Assembly (NCBI GenBank): GCA_030265395.1 | Contig: JARFYF010000012.1 | Location: 21,265,069-21,329,068 of the forward strand | Length of the DNA: 64,000 nt | Direction: 5' to 3' | From: Rhina ancylostomus | Taxonomy: Eukaryota | In this document: positions 11,555-23,900 of the stretch, piece by piece | Layout: each line of letters begins with the position of its first letter | How positions within the stretch are numbered: the stretch's first letter is position 1 | Position numbers and translations under genes: made by a program | Notes under the pieces: model-generated | Seen by the model: only the letters and a program-made list of their open reading frames with translations | The model's database searches: none | What the model was told of the DNA's origin: nothing

Positions 11555-13678
11555 GATTTTTACTTCAGGTTTTTTTTATTGAAAGTTGAGAACAGCCAAT
11601 GTAAAACAACAGGAAATGATACANNNNNNNNNNCCTGGATCTTCAAAAAAAAATCTTGCTTCAAGGTAAAAACCATGTTATAAACATTCTGAAGTACAGT
11701 AGTGTTCTCCAATTCATTTCAGCAACTGTAGCCCATGTTTTCACTGCATGTAAGCAGTCTTTTATACAGAATATGCACCCAGATTTGCTAGCATAAAGTT
11801 CATTAAGTTTAAAATGCCCAGACTTGCCACATATAACTGTAGCATTTACTGTGTAAGCTTTTGAAGTAAGGCAAACAGGTTATGCGGTGTTGCATTATTG
11901 CTGCTACTAATGGTCTGAAAACTGAATTCGGCCACTGCATTTTGTGGCTCATCTCTCAGTCATCATGTATTTGACAGCATTTCGTGAGTTGCAAGGTCTT
12001 AACATAAAACAATTGATTGTGCTCCCATCAGATTCCTTAGCACATGCAGGTAGTACTGTATAGACGTAAATATTGCTTGGTCTACATTTGGAAAAAAAGT
12101 GTAAAATACTTCCAAGTTGTTTTTCTTGGAATTCCTGTTATTCCAGAGAATGTAATACCTTAACAAAGGAAGTCACACTCACAAAAGTTCAGGGTTTCCA
12201 TACCCTGCCTCATTTATTGTATTCATTCTCTCAAGGTCCATCTGAAACCAAAAGCACTGGTTTTATCTTTAATATCCTAATTTCCACTTAAACTGATCAC
12301 AAAGGCTGAGACTGTAAATAGTTAGTTAAATGTCAGTGATAGAAAATAATGCAGTAGAAAACATGTTTGTCTTGTATTGAAGAATTTTGATATAAATTAA
12401 CAATGCCAAGTGGGTTTTTTAAAAAAAATGTTCATACTACAAGTCCATTATGGACACCCTGAGTCTACAGGAGACACAACCAGAAATCTGGTGGTGTCCA
12501 AAGTCAGTGATGCCAACTCTCCTGATTTTGGCAGGATTTCAGGTAATTTCCATAAGTAGTACATTTTCAGCCTGTTTACATTTATATGAGAACTCCTCTT
12601 ATTTATTGTTCCAAGCTAGTATAATATTTTTGAATCACACTGATTATATTAATACTCTGTTTCTCCTCTCTCCATATTGTCATAAGCTGTCACCATCTCC
12701 CAGTTAAGACTGTTGATGTCATTTGGCTGAGAGCCTATCGATAACTCTTGCAAAGATACCAGTGGCTCCATGGAAGCTTACAGCACAGAAGGCAACCACT
12801 GTGCCTGTGTTCACTCTTTGAAAGAGCACACGGCTGCATCTCAGTGCCTGCAAACGTGAACATAATGCCGGGAGACCCACGTTTTGCTCCTTTCCTTTCC
12901 ACTCACTGGAAGTGGGAGAAAAAAAATATCTGCAGTAATGCAGTACAGGCATCAGCAGTACAAACATGCCAGAGAGTGTTGCCAGCAGTCAAAAGCAGAG
13001 CAGCTCGCTTTCACACGCTGTGGCTGAGGAAAGGGTAACAAAAAAGTTTGCTTGCAAGAAGAAAATGGAAAGACACAAAATAAACATTAATAAGACTTTT
13101 TCATTAAAAAAAAGTGGGTATAGATGTAAGAAAATACAAATCAAACAAAAAGAGTGCAAGTGTGTAGCATATGACAGATTGCGTTTGTGGCATGAATCCA
13201 TTGAGATCACAGTTTGTGGTTGGAAAGTTGGCATCTCTGTTAGACATTCATTTACTGGATTTGGTGGGGTGTAGGTGGTAAAGTGTCACTTACTAGATCA
13301 AAATTAGAAATGTCGTTCACACTGCATTGAAACAGTTTATACACATAAAAAAACTATGATTAAGCTTGTATTGAAAACATGTACAGTGTGACCCTCTTGA
13401 ACCCAGCTTTAACTTCCAGAATATGGGCATTTTTTTAAACTGTTGTACCATGAACAGGTTAAAAACTAACAATTACCTCCGATCCCCTTTGTTTATGCCC
13501 CACTGAACCATGACTGCCTGACTCTCTGCTGGCAAATTCATCTTTTATGTACGGACATGTTAGATATGAAGTTTTTGACAAAGTGCCTTGGAGCACTATT
13601 CAAAACACTAAATAAAAATGCAACAAACTGCAGAATTTTATAGATCATTTCTGCTCATGCACTTCAGAACCTGATAAC
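11555..13678 (-). other. FAM53B: Probable FAM53B 3'UTR (~2.1 kb to the proximal poly(A) signal)
   Basis: AT-rich stretch after the stop with no TE that I could recognise, ending near AATAAA (minus strand) at 11580-11575. TE fragments resume below ~11140. The end point is inferred. Confidence 0.55.
11575..11580 (-). terminator. Candidate polyadenylation signal AATAAA
   Basis: tttatt on + strand, with U-rich sequence downstream on the minus strand (tcttattttactgctattgtatct). Confidence 0.45.
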
Positions 13679-14032
13679 CTAGTTGTTTTCTATTTGCTCA
13701 ATGTCCAGTTCACCATCCAGCTGAAATACATCCTTTGCTGCTTTCCCACTCCTCCATGAGTCTTTATCACTCTCGCCTCTTTGACAGCTTTGCTTCACAC
13801 TTCCAAACACTTTCATTTCCTTCCTGCTGGTTTCCCCTTTGCTGGTAGAGGGCTTTTCCAAGTCCCCGTGATGTCGTGGTTCAGGACTGCAGGTGGGTGT
13901 TGTGCCTGGTTGGGGAGAAGAATCATAAAGGCGGGATGTCCACATCTTTCCTGTTGTTGCATTCTGCTCCCAGTGGCAGCTATCGTTCCCAGTGCTGCCG
14001 ACAGAGTTGGGGCTGTGAAAGTTCCTGAGGTT
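13679..14032 (-). CDS. FAM53B: FAM53B last coding exon (117 aa + TAG)
   Basis: Polypyrimidine acceptor ttcctctttccag|AAC CTC AGG at 14033/14032 is in phase 0, matching the donor of the previous exon. Ends with the FAM53 C-terminal box LDGELDIEQIENN*; stop TAG at 13681-13679. Confidence 0.93.
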   Translation of the reverse strand, partial: NLRNFHSPNSVGSTGNDSCHWEQNATTGKMWTSRLYDSSPQPGTTPTCSPEPRHHGDLEKPSTSKGETSRKEMKVFGSVKQSCQRGESDKDSWRSGKAAKDVFQLDGELDIEQIENN

Positions 14033-15864
14033 CTGGAAAGAGGAATCAAAGAACAGCAGGTGAAAGGATATTCTTTCACAATTCACAGATGAGCGAGAGA
14101 CAGAAAGAATATTTTACATTGATAACGTGGGCAGATTTATTTCACAGTAGTACAAATGAGGACTATAGTTCCACTATTTGTTCACAGCCTTCTGAAGTTC
14201 AGTGTAATGTGTTTTGATGGACCATATGTATACACCAAAGTTGTTTTACAACTCTTCACAGAAGTGTTTTATTCTGAGAGTTAGCACAGTTTGTTCTTGG
14301 CAAAGGTAATTCCAGTGATGTTTACCTGTTTGATTCCAAAAAGATTAATGATTAATGCTGAGGAAATAATTGGTTACCCTTCTCTCCCTCCTAAAATGAA
14401 CTTGCTTTGCACAGAGAGAGAGGAGAGAATGAGAACAGCTTGGGACCAAAACAATTTCCATTGCTTCTGTGCACCCTCAACTCTTTTTCCGAGTGTCCCT
14501 CAGTTCAGTAGTTACATGAATTCCAGGCAAGAAAGCCACAGGGTTAAAGCATGAGGCACCACCTGTAAATATTAATACAGTTGTTGCCTTTGGAATACCA
14601 GTTCTTGATGACCAAAAGGAGGTAGTAATATCATCAGCAGAAGTACTCTTTGGCAGTCTGCAGAAAACAACGATAGAAGAAATCTCACTATTGTCAAAAT
14701 CCCATTTTAAAAAGTATGCTCCTGAAACAATTAGCAAGTCTAACCATTGGATTTTCCCAAATAAACTGAGCGGGAATCAAGCTAAAATGTCAGCACACCA
14801 GATGGATGGTTTCCTGGGATCTGTGGAAGAGTGCTTAAAAACTGAATTTCAAACAACGCACGAAGTGTAAATATACAGAATGAAAACAGGAAATGTGAAA
14901 ATTTTAGACCAGGTCAACAGCATAAGCAAACAAAATGTATGGGTCATAATCATTTGAGGGAACAAGAGCTTCAAAGATTTTGTTTTAGTTACCATTTCCA
15001 GCATACGTGATTTTTCTTTCTGTTTATAAAAATGTGGGATTCACCTGGAATGAACATTGAAAATGTGTGTCCCTTGTATGCCCTAGCTCAATTTTGGAAA
15101 ATAGCAAAATAAAACTGCATTCATTAAGATTCCCCAAGTACAAGCAAGGTTCTTAGGCAACATGAATTTAATATTCACTTGTGATTTATACGTTTCTTTA
15201 ATCCTTCAACTTTTAAGTGCATGTTTCAATGTTTGAAAATACTGCAGACGCTGCTGGAATATTACATCCAGAGTCCACAGGGTGGCACAGGACAGAAGAG
15301 AGTTACAATTTTATTACATAAATATTTGGCCATCCTGAAATGGTGCATTGACTCAGAATATAGAACCTCACAGCAGTTTTAATCATCACTCATAGTCTAT
15401 ATCCTCAAAGATAAGTCAAGCTGATGGCAAGGTTCCAGAAGCAGGGAGACTTGTGGATAAAAAGTAAAACGTGAAGCATTTGAGTTGCATTCTCTGAGGT
15501 AAGACTCTCAGAAATAATTGAGAATACTTTAGACCCCACCCCTCTTTTCACTTCCAAGTAAGCACTGCTTTTGTGGAAAATCCAATCAATGTCAGCAAGA
15601 TGTTCCATGATAAAGTGAAGTGCAAGCACATCAAACATTTGGGACATGAAAGCCTTTGGCCTTTCTGCTTACACACCATAAAATTCAGCAGGAGTCTATC
15701 CAAACAACCAGAATTCATACTAGCAAACAACCAAAAAAAAAACCATGTTAAAGAGGGCGTAGGAGCTGAGGGAAAGATCTTCTTGTGTTGAAAATCCCAC
15801 CCCACATCTGGAACTCTTGCACTGCCCCTTTGGTAAGGAGACGCTCTGCATGAACCAAGTGGCA

Positions 15865-15925
15865 TAGATAGAGTCATAGGGTAACATAGCACGGAAACAG
15901 GCCCTTCGGCCCAATCTGAGTTCAC
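15865..15925 (-). mobile_element. CR1/SINE 3' tail
   Basis: atagagtcatag..catagcacggaaacaggcccttcggccc is the reverse complement of the CR1/HE1 shared tail. Confidence 0.65.
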
Positions 15926-17379
15926 CAGGATCAGCAGGGAACCCCTTCATAAAGATGGGCTCCACTGGCACATATTCACCACAGAAGAACAGGAATTAGT
16001 AAAGAGCCAACAGGAAAGGAATGCTTTCTGAACTGTCCCTCCCTTTTCAACCCCTCCCAAACTCCTTACTGCCCCCAACCACCTACCCATACTCACTGCC
16101 TTCACAAGCTGAGGAACACCAAAGCCTGTTATCGAATCCCAATTGCTCCATCGGTTTAGANNNNNNNNNNCAAGCCTACAGCATTCGCTTCTGCAAGGCC
16201 CATTTGTAACAACACTGGTGTTCGAGAAGCCTTGACCACTTCGCAGTTCTATTTACTTAAAATCATGTCAAACTGCGACCTAGTAAAAATAAATGTTAAA
16301 TATTCAAGGCAGGATCTCACTGTTGACGACACCAGAGAGGGAGGGGAAATCTTAGGCAACAACTCACAAACAGCTGGCACTTTCACCTCAGCCATACTCT
16401 CACAACAATTCGAAAAGAGAAAAATAGCTCTTCACCTTGCCAGCATGAGCATTTTAAAGGAAGAGATTTATCCCATGTTAATTCTAACAGTGGTACATGA
16501 TCAGCCCGAAACCTTACCTCTCTCCCACAGCCACACATCTCAATTTTAAACAGTGGAACACTACAGATCAGCTTGTTGTAGCTGGCAGTGCTCTGATTTG
16601 CCTGACTTTCTGTAAACACACACTAACCTACATTGATTTAGAATCCTCGTATTGCAAAATAGTGCAAACATGTCAGGACAGCACGAATTTATTAGCATTT
16701 TAGTCTTAATTGAGCTGTTTATTTCAGACCCACAGACTGAGGTATAACAAAGCTGTTCAACGTGTGAATGAAGTACAGACTGTTTTTACAGATCGTTGAT
16801 TTCTACTGGTGTGTAAATAATTGTGATTTTCTCTACTTATTCCCTAAAGTTAGTAGCTTCTCAGTACAACTGCTGTCGCTAGAGGATTTATGCTGCATTA
16901 AATCCGCAACATCATCTCTTGCTGTGCTGCCAATACGATGAAAATAAACAGGAACATTTGTCCACCCCACACTGTCAAATAATCAAGGAATGTATTACTT
17001 TGCTCTATTCAAAGCTGCAAGATTCAGGGGGGTATTTGCCTAGTGGTCACAATTACACAGTTGCTGGTGTGAGGTTGAAGACTGACAGTCAAAGTGCATC
17101 CATTTAGAAAGTGGCGAAAACAACATTTCAAACCCAGCTACACTTCACCTCAGTGACACTAAGAAGAAATAAAGGGTTGAATTAAAGGGGTGCAGTCAGA
17201 CTGAGGATCAATGANNNNNNNNNNNNNNNNNNNNNNNNNNNNNNNNNNNNNNNNNNNNNNNNNNNNNNNNNNNNNNNNNNNNNNNNNNNNNNNNNNNNNN
17301 NNNNNNNNNNNNNNGGATCAATGAACCGTTGTGTAGATGTGAAGGCAAGCGTGTGCTGCAGCAGATGCCTCTGATTAGA

Positions 17380-17600
17380 AAAGCAAGAAATTGCAGATTC
17401 TGGAAATCTGAAATAAAAATAGAAAATGCTGGAGATATTCAGCAGATCAGCCAGTATCTGTGGAGAGAGAAACTGTTAACACTTCAGGTCAATGACCTTC
17501 CATCATGACTGAGGAAAACTAGGAATCAAGTATAGCTTAAGTGGTAGGGAAGAGGGCAGAACAAAAGGGACCATCTGTGGTAGACTACTGAATAACATGA
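17380..17600 (-). mobile_element. Penelope-like element terminal region
   Basis: gcagattctggaaatctgaaataaaaatagaaaatgctggagatattcagcagatcag...gttaacacttcaggtcaatgacctt (decayed hammerhead on the minus strand). Confidence 0.7.
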
Positions 17601-18117
17601 AGGTTTGAATCCACTGGAACCATCACCATTTGTTTCCAATGCCAATCTCATCATATCTTGCTTTCCCATTTTGCTGCCAGGTCACATGCAGGTTATTACC
17701 AGATGATATGGAATCCTTGCAGGTTCTGCCAGATCATTTGGATCAGTTATACATGCCCCACATAGCACGTTTCCCCTAAGCCTCCCACTCCTACCTGCAT
17801 AGTGCATTCATACACTGCTTCACCGTTAATGAGAGGTGGATGCCAGAAATGCTGACCCTGCTCTTTTCCAATTTTCTTACACATTTCTATTTTCCATTTT
17901 TAAATCCAAATTTTCCAACATTTGTAATTTTGTATTCTTTTCGAATTTCAAAATTTCAACTCCTGTTCCTGCACCTCACAGCTCCACCCTCTTCCCTGCC
18001 ATCATTTTTAAAAATGGCGTGTCCTCAATATTTTCCTTGGGAATGGGGTGGGGCAGTTGTGGATTGATGGGGAAGGCCACAATGCAGATTACAAATTACA
18101 CAAGTGTCACGAATGTC

Positions 18118-18306
18118 ATGAATGGTCCCAGCTATGCCTGCCTCTTTATTGGCCATGTTGAACAGTCCATGTTCCAATCCAACACCAGTAACACCCCCCA
18201 ACTCTTTCTCCGCTACAATGATGACTGCTTTGGGGCTGCTTCCTGCACCCATGCTGAGCTCATCAATTTCATCAACTTTGCCTCCAACTTCCACCCTGCC
18301 CTCAGA
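18118..18306 (+). mobile_element. Penelope-like retroelement reverse transcriptase fragment, running into a gap
   Basis: GPSYACLFIGHVEQSMFQ...PQLFLRYNDDCFGAASCTHAELINFINFASNFHPAL matches PLE RT motifs (MG..PS.A.LF; RY[I]DD; N.FHP.L). The catalytic YIDD reads YNDD. Confidence 0.85.
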
Positions 18307-19489
18307 NNNNNNNNNNNNNNNNNNNNNNNNNNNNNNNNNNNNNNNNNNNNNNNNNNNNNNNNNNNNNNNNNNNNNNNNNNNNNNNNNNNNNNNNNNNNNN
18401 NNNNNNNNNNNNNNNNNNNNNNNNNNNNNNNNNNNNNNNNNNNNNNNNNNNNNNNNNNNNNNNNNNNNNNNNNNNNNNNNNNNNNNNNNNNNNNNNNNNN
18501 NNNNNNNNNNNNNNNNNNNNNNNNNNNNNNNNNNNNNNNNNNNNNNNNNNNNNNNNNNNNNNNNNNNNNNNNNNNNNNNNNNNNNNNNNNNNNNNNNNNN
18601 NNNNNNNNNNNNNNNNNNNNNNNNNNNNNNNNNNNNNNNNNNNNNNNNNNNNNNNNNNNNNNNNNNNNNNNNNNNNNNNNNNNNNNNNNNNNNNNNNNNN
18701 NNNNNNNNNNNNNNNNNNNNNNNNNNNNNNNNNNNNNNNNNNNNNNNNNNNNNNNNNNNNNNNNNNNNNNNNNNNTCTCTGCAGTTTTGAGAGAGAGAAT
18801 TTGGCACTTCTGCCAGCCTTTGCAATGACATCATATTTCCTAACCTCCCCCAAATGGTTTGCCTCTGATGTCAAGTTTAAAATCCCTTGTTCTAGATCCT
18901 GCCTTGCTACTAAACTCCCCCATTGACACTGAAATTTCTCATTATTTGTTTTTTTTAACGTTTCTTTCAAAATTCAAAGAACCTCAATTATCCTAATAAA
19001 GCACTTGGATAGGGAATATAAACGGCAGACGTTAACCAAAAACACAGCCATAGGGTCAACATTCAAACTTAAAATCCCAGTTGCAGTAGTTTTGAAACAC
19101 TAGTATCATCACTGATGTCACTGGGCTGGATTGCACTGGCCTCAGCCTATACCTTGTGGTCACCCCAGCCACTCTGCACTAGCCTCAATGAATAAGACCC
19201 TGCAGCCACTACCATTCCATTAGGAACTAATGGGAACCTGGCCACAGGCAGTGCAAATGGAGGCCCTGCCCACAGACTGCCCTGATGACCAGGTAACCTA
19301 CTCACTGTTTGCCAATATCTGAAAAATCCTTTTTCCAAAAAGTTACATATTACAAATAAATTAGTCATAAAACCTTTGCAAGTTAATNNNNNNNNNNNNN
19401 NNNNNNNNNNNNNNNNNNNNNNNNNNNNNNNNNNNNNNNNNNNNNNNNNNNNNNNNNNNNNNNNNNNNNNNNNNNNNNNNNNNNNNNGC

Positions 19490-20400
19490 AAATGCCAGCG
19501 GTGAGGAGAAGGTGACTGATAAAGGTAGCACTTTATCACATGTGCTTTATTAAGGAGCTTTAGTAAAAGCAGAAGTCAATGGGAATCAAGGAAAACTCTT
19601 CACTGGCTGGAGTCATACACAGCATTTAGTAAAGATGGCTGTAGCTATGGAAATCAATTACCTTGGCCCAGGACATACTATGGTATTTCTTTCGGGCTGT
19701 GTCCTGGACCCAAGTACTTTCACCTGTTTCTCCAATGACCTTTTCTCCACAATTGATTGACATGGCTTAATAAGTGTGAAGTACAATTTGCACCAAACAG
19801 GTGTCAGTCAATGATGTTTCAGCTCCCTTCTTTTAGTATTCAAAGACATTACCTTCACAAGTCCAACACCATCAATAATCTGCAATCACTATCGAACAAA
19901 GTTTAACCAAACCAAAAACATGCATGCGGCTACAAGAGCATCCTAAAGATTATTCTGTGACAGTTGACGTTCCTCCCAACTCCCAAATATATGATACAAG
20001 TCAGGATTATGATTGCATTCTCCACTTTTCCAACAGCTCAAGAAGCTTGACATCACTCAGGATAAAACAGCTCACTTATTTGCAGATAATACTCCAAAGA
20101 TCGACTTCTTCTACCACTGGTGCAATGTGGCTGTGGGTGTGTACCATGTACAAATGCACTGCAGCAACTTGTAAAGGCTTCTTCAACAGCATCTGCCATG
20201 TCCTACACATCCTAGAAGAGCAATGGCAGCAGTTGCTTGCGGGGTCTGCCAACTTAGAGTTCCTCACTAAGTTGTACCGTATCCAAATTTAGAAATATAT
20301 CATTCCTTCATAATCCTCAATTGCTCTCAAAGGCAATTAGGGATGGACAATAAATGCTGGGCTTGCCAGCCATGACCATAGGTATAACAATAATAAAAAA
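19490..20400 (+). mobile_element. Second LINE family (CR1/L2-group RT), decayed, with 3' tail
   Basis: gaagtcaatgggaatcaaggaaaactcttcactggctggagtcatac...; tail caattagggatggacaataaatgctgggcttgccagc. Homologous to 34170-35590, 50195-51150 and 58785-60330. Confidence 0.7.
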
Positions 20401-23329
20401 TATAATTTTGTACACAAACTGGGGCCATTTATTGAACTGATTTTACTGGTACTCTGATTTTTTGCTGACAGTACACACGCAAGGGTCTCTTTCCATTCTA
20501 TATCTGTTAATGACTCTCTAGAAAGAAAAAAAACTCTATTCACGTTAATGTGTTGCCAAATACTATCTAAGAATTCTTCAAAAGTATTCATTGATGATTG
20601 TTCAGTTTTATCTTTTCTGTACAATTCTGCCCAACTTGCATATTTTCAACCAATATTATAACCAATAGTGCATGCTACAAATTATTTATTTACATTTTAT
20701 TTAATCAGTGAAAATTCCAAATACACAATTAAGAGATGAAATATGATATTCAGTGAAGATCAAAAACCCCTTTCAAATGAATTGGGTAGAATTAGATGGC
20801 CAAATACAAACTGTATCCAGCTCCTCAGATTAGGTCCTCACTGAATGCTCTGGGCTGAACCACGAGTCCTGGGACAGAAGGGGAGAGCCAATGTTCCCAC
20901 ATCGGATTTTCAATGCATTCTGTGCACATTGCAACGCAGCTGAACAAAGTCTGAATGGGCTGACAAGTGTACTAGAGTGGACTTGCAGTCCCTTCCACAA
21001 GCAATCAATGCAAACCACTTTGTTATTTTTAGCCCTGCTGACAAAATTGCTCGCAGTATCTTTACAATAACCTTAACCAGCAAATAACTCAATTTATTGC
21101 CACACAATATATGCAACAATTAACTGGAGTACATCATGAAAAAGCAATACTCAGTTATCAAGACTAACTTATGTAAATGACAGTCTGCATTGGTAGAATA
21201 GAAGCATTTTCTCTTCACTTTTTCTGACATCATAATTAATAGGTGTTCAGTGCCTAACAATGTCAATTTGATCAGGTTTTCATCTCACTTAAAATGAGGA
21301 GTCAGCCATGCAGAGTGAACTGAAAATAGCTACATCTCCAATCATGCAGATCTCTCTATACTATTGCTATATTTAGTAGCAAAAACAAACAGATATGCAA
21401 GGAACCAAAGGCTATTGCCCAATGCATATTCTTATTGGAAATTCAATGAAAGGTAAATCAGAAGAGCTCTACAACAGGAGGGAAATCCAATCACTACATT
21501 AAAAGGTACTCAGGTAAATTTATTTAAAATTATATGCAGAAAAATAACTAAAATATGGTAGAGTTAAAATGAAGTTAATCTGCACAAAGGCTATTACAAC
21601 AAATAAAAGGGAAAAGTACACCTGCAGTACTATAAATGATGTTTCAAGTAAGAGAATACAGCAAGGTACACCAGAGGAAATGGTAAGCAGCAATACTTTC
21701 AGATGCATCAGGACAGCATGGCAAAGGTCACAGGATCATGATTTGCACAAGTTGTTTTCTAAATGTACTCATTCATAAGATGTGGGCTAGTTGGCTGGGA
21801 CAGCATTTATTTTCCAAGTTATGGATAGCTAACAAATATTTCTTTACACAGGAGATAAACAGCTGGGACAGGGAGGGTGATTGAGATCAGCAGGTTGGAG
21901 TCAGTTAAGTCTGCTAGATGCTGTAATGCTGTGGCTTTCAACCTGTGGCCAGCAGGCCCTGGGAGCCTGAAGGCTATTTCTAAAGAATCCATGAGAGCAC
22001 ACCATTAAGTAAACAGACTGTTATCAAATCTGTGAATCAGGACAGATGACAGGGCGTCGAACTGAAACTGAATGCCTTGCCTTTTATACTATTAAACAAT
22101 TTACTTGGCTTGAAGCCACCTCAATGTCTTCTTCAAGCATGTAACTGAAGCTAAAGTTGATGATGCATCTATTGTGTAAATAATGAAACCAAGCCAATCC
22201 TCAGAAAAATGGGAAAGAAGTGTGGAAGACAGCGACGGAGAGTTAGTTTGACACACATTGTACTCTGCTTGTTCTTCCTCTTTTACGTCACCATTCTTAA
22301 AACATTAACTTTTAAACAGCCATTGGGTTGGAGGGTGGATGAGAAGATAAACTCTCAATCACAAGGTCTTAGAAATTCAAAGCTCAGAACAGTGGTAGGT
22401 GCAATGGGAAGGACTGAGTCACAGGGAGGATCAAATCTCATTTTAATGAAGACAGACGTTGAGCAACCTCCATCTTGTTTAACAGTGAACCGATGCATGT
22501 ACTCCTTCCACAGTTTATATTTGCTGCCATTCAAAAGATTTCTTTTGAGGAGAATTCTCATTTGTTTGTTTGCCAGGAATCTTTCCATTGCTCTATGCAG
22601 ATGAGAAAAATGCTCAATCCCGAAAATGTTGATGCAATTGGACAGATTTTCCAAGTGCTCACCTAGAGCAAGGAGCACATGACGGAAAAATCAGAACCAA
22701 CACTTCACACAAAACAAAAATTCAAATCAAGGGTGGAATGACGTGCACTGACTGGCCTGAATACCCTGATAATTCACAACATAACCATGGTGCCATGCCG
22801 GTTTTCAGTGTAGAAGGTCAAAAGGAGGAAATTCAAGCAGAAGTGATGCAAGCCTAGTTTTAAGTTATGTCCACAATTCTTCAGATTTTTACAGTGATTC
22901 AATAAAAGCTCTGCCAAATTCCTTCCCTGCTCATTAACACAGACCTACCCTCACGAAAGACCAACTCATGCAAATTTCTTGAGATTACGGCACTTTTGTA
23001 AAGGTCAGTTGTACCTCTGCTGTTTTATTGAAAATTTTTTCAGTCATTTTTGTTTCAACTTCCCTTGAACTTTTTTTAAATTTTGGATTTGCATTATGTA
23101 ATAAGAAATATTAATGGATACATTTTTAAACAATCTGAGCTAGTATACTTAGTTTAATGGCTTTAAATTGTATTTTTATGCAGAGACAAAGGAGGTTATG
23201 ATGTCAGTTTTGAACACTTACCCAAGGCCCCAACTGCTGATGCTGGTGTGTCTATTTTAACGCTTCTCCCTCAAAGAGCAGTGTAAGTAGTCTCTGAGTC
23301 CTTGTAAGACACAGCTAGGTAAGGACAGG

Positions 23330-23900
23330 GGTGAAAGATTAGCACAGGTAGATGAGAATGTGGAGTTGAGGGTGATCTTCCAAAAGGGTGGAGCAGGCTT
23401 GAAGGGTCATGTGACCTCATCCTACTCCCTGTCTGCATGCTTGTGTGTGCTAGTGAGATCCTTATGAAATTTCAGCAGGGTATATGGGATGGAGTAACAT
23501 TCACATAAAACAAGTGCTAGGCAATGACCAACGCTCTCCAATAGGGAGAGTTTAAGTTCCTTCCCTTGATGTATTATGTGGCATTACAATCAGCTGATTA
23601 CCTCCAGCCAGCCACATCCTGTGGGCAGTATTTATCAGAGTAGAATTCGAGAGGAGGGTATACCATCACACTCTTGACTTGTGCCTTGTAGATGGTAGAA
23701 TGGTTCAGGAAGTGAAACACTTGCTCTAGAATACTGGTGATTCACCGAGTCCACAAATTCTTTCCATCGTCTATAGGACACGAATCAAAATTATGTTGGA
23801 TTGCTCTCTACTTGTCTGGATCAATGAAGCTTCAACTTTCAAGTAACTCAACATCATTTAAGACTAAACAACTTGCTTGATTGCCTCCTAATCCATCAGC
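23330..23900. mobile_element. Cluster of small CR1-tail and second-LINE fragments in both orientations
   Basis: ggtggagcaggcttgaagggtc..ctcatcctactcc (CR1 tail); caagtgctaggcaatgacca..ctccaata (LINE, +); accatcacactcttgacttgtgccttgtagatggt (LINE, -). Confidence 0.55.

Noticed and set aside
17205-17324. ggatcaatga repeated on both sides of a gap
   Set aside because: Assembly overlap artefact.
17836-18970. Long ORFs of 222-330 aa, and similar ones at 32468-33112
   Set aside because: Their length comes from N runs; only the Penelope RT fragment is real.
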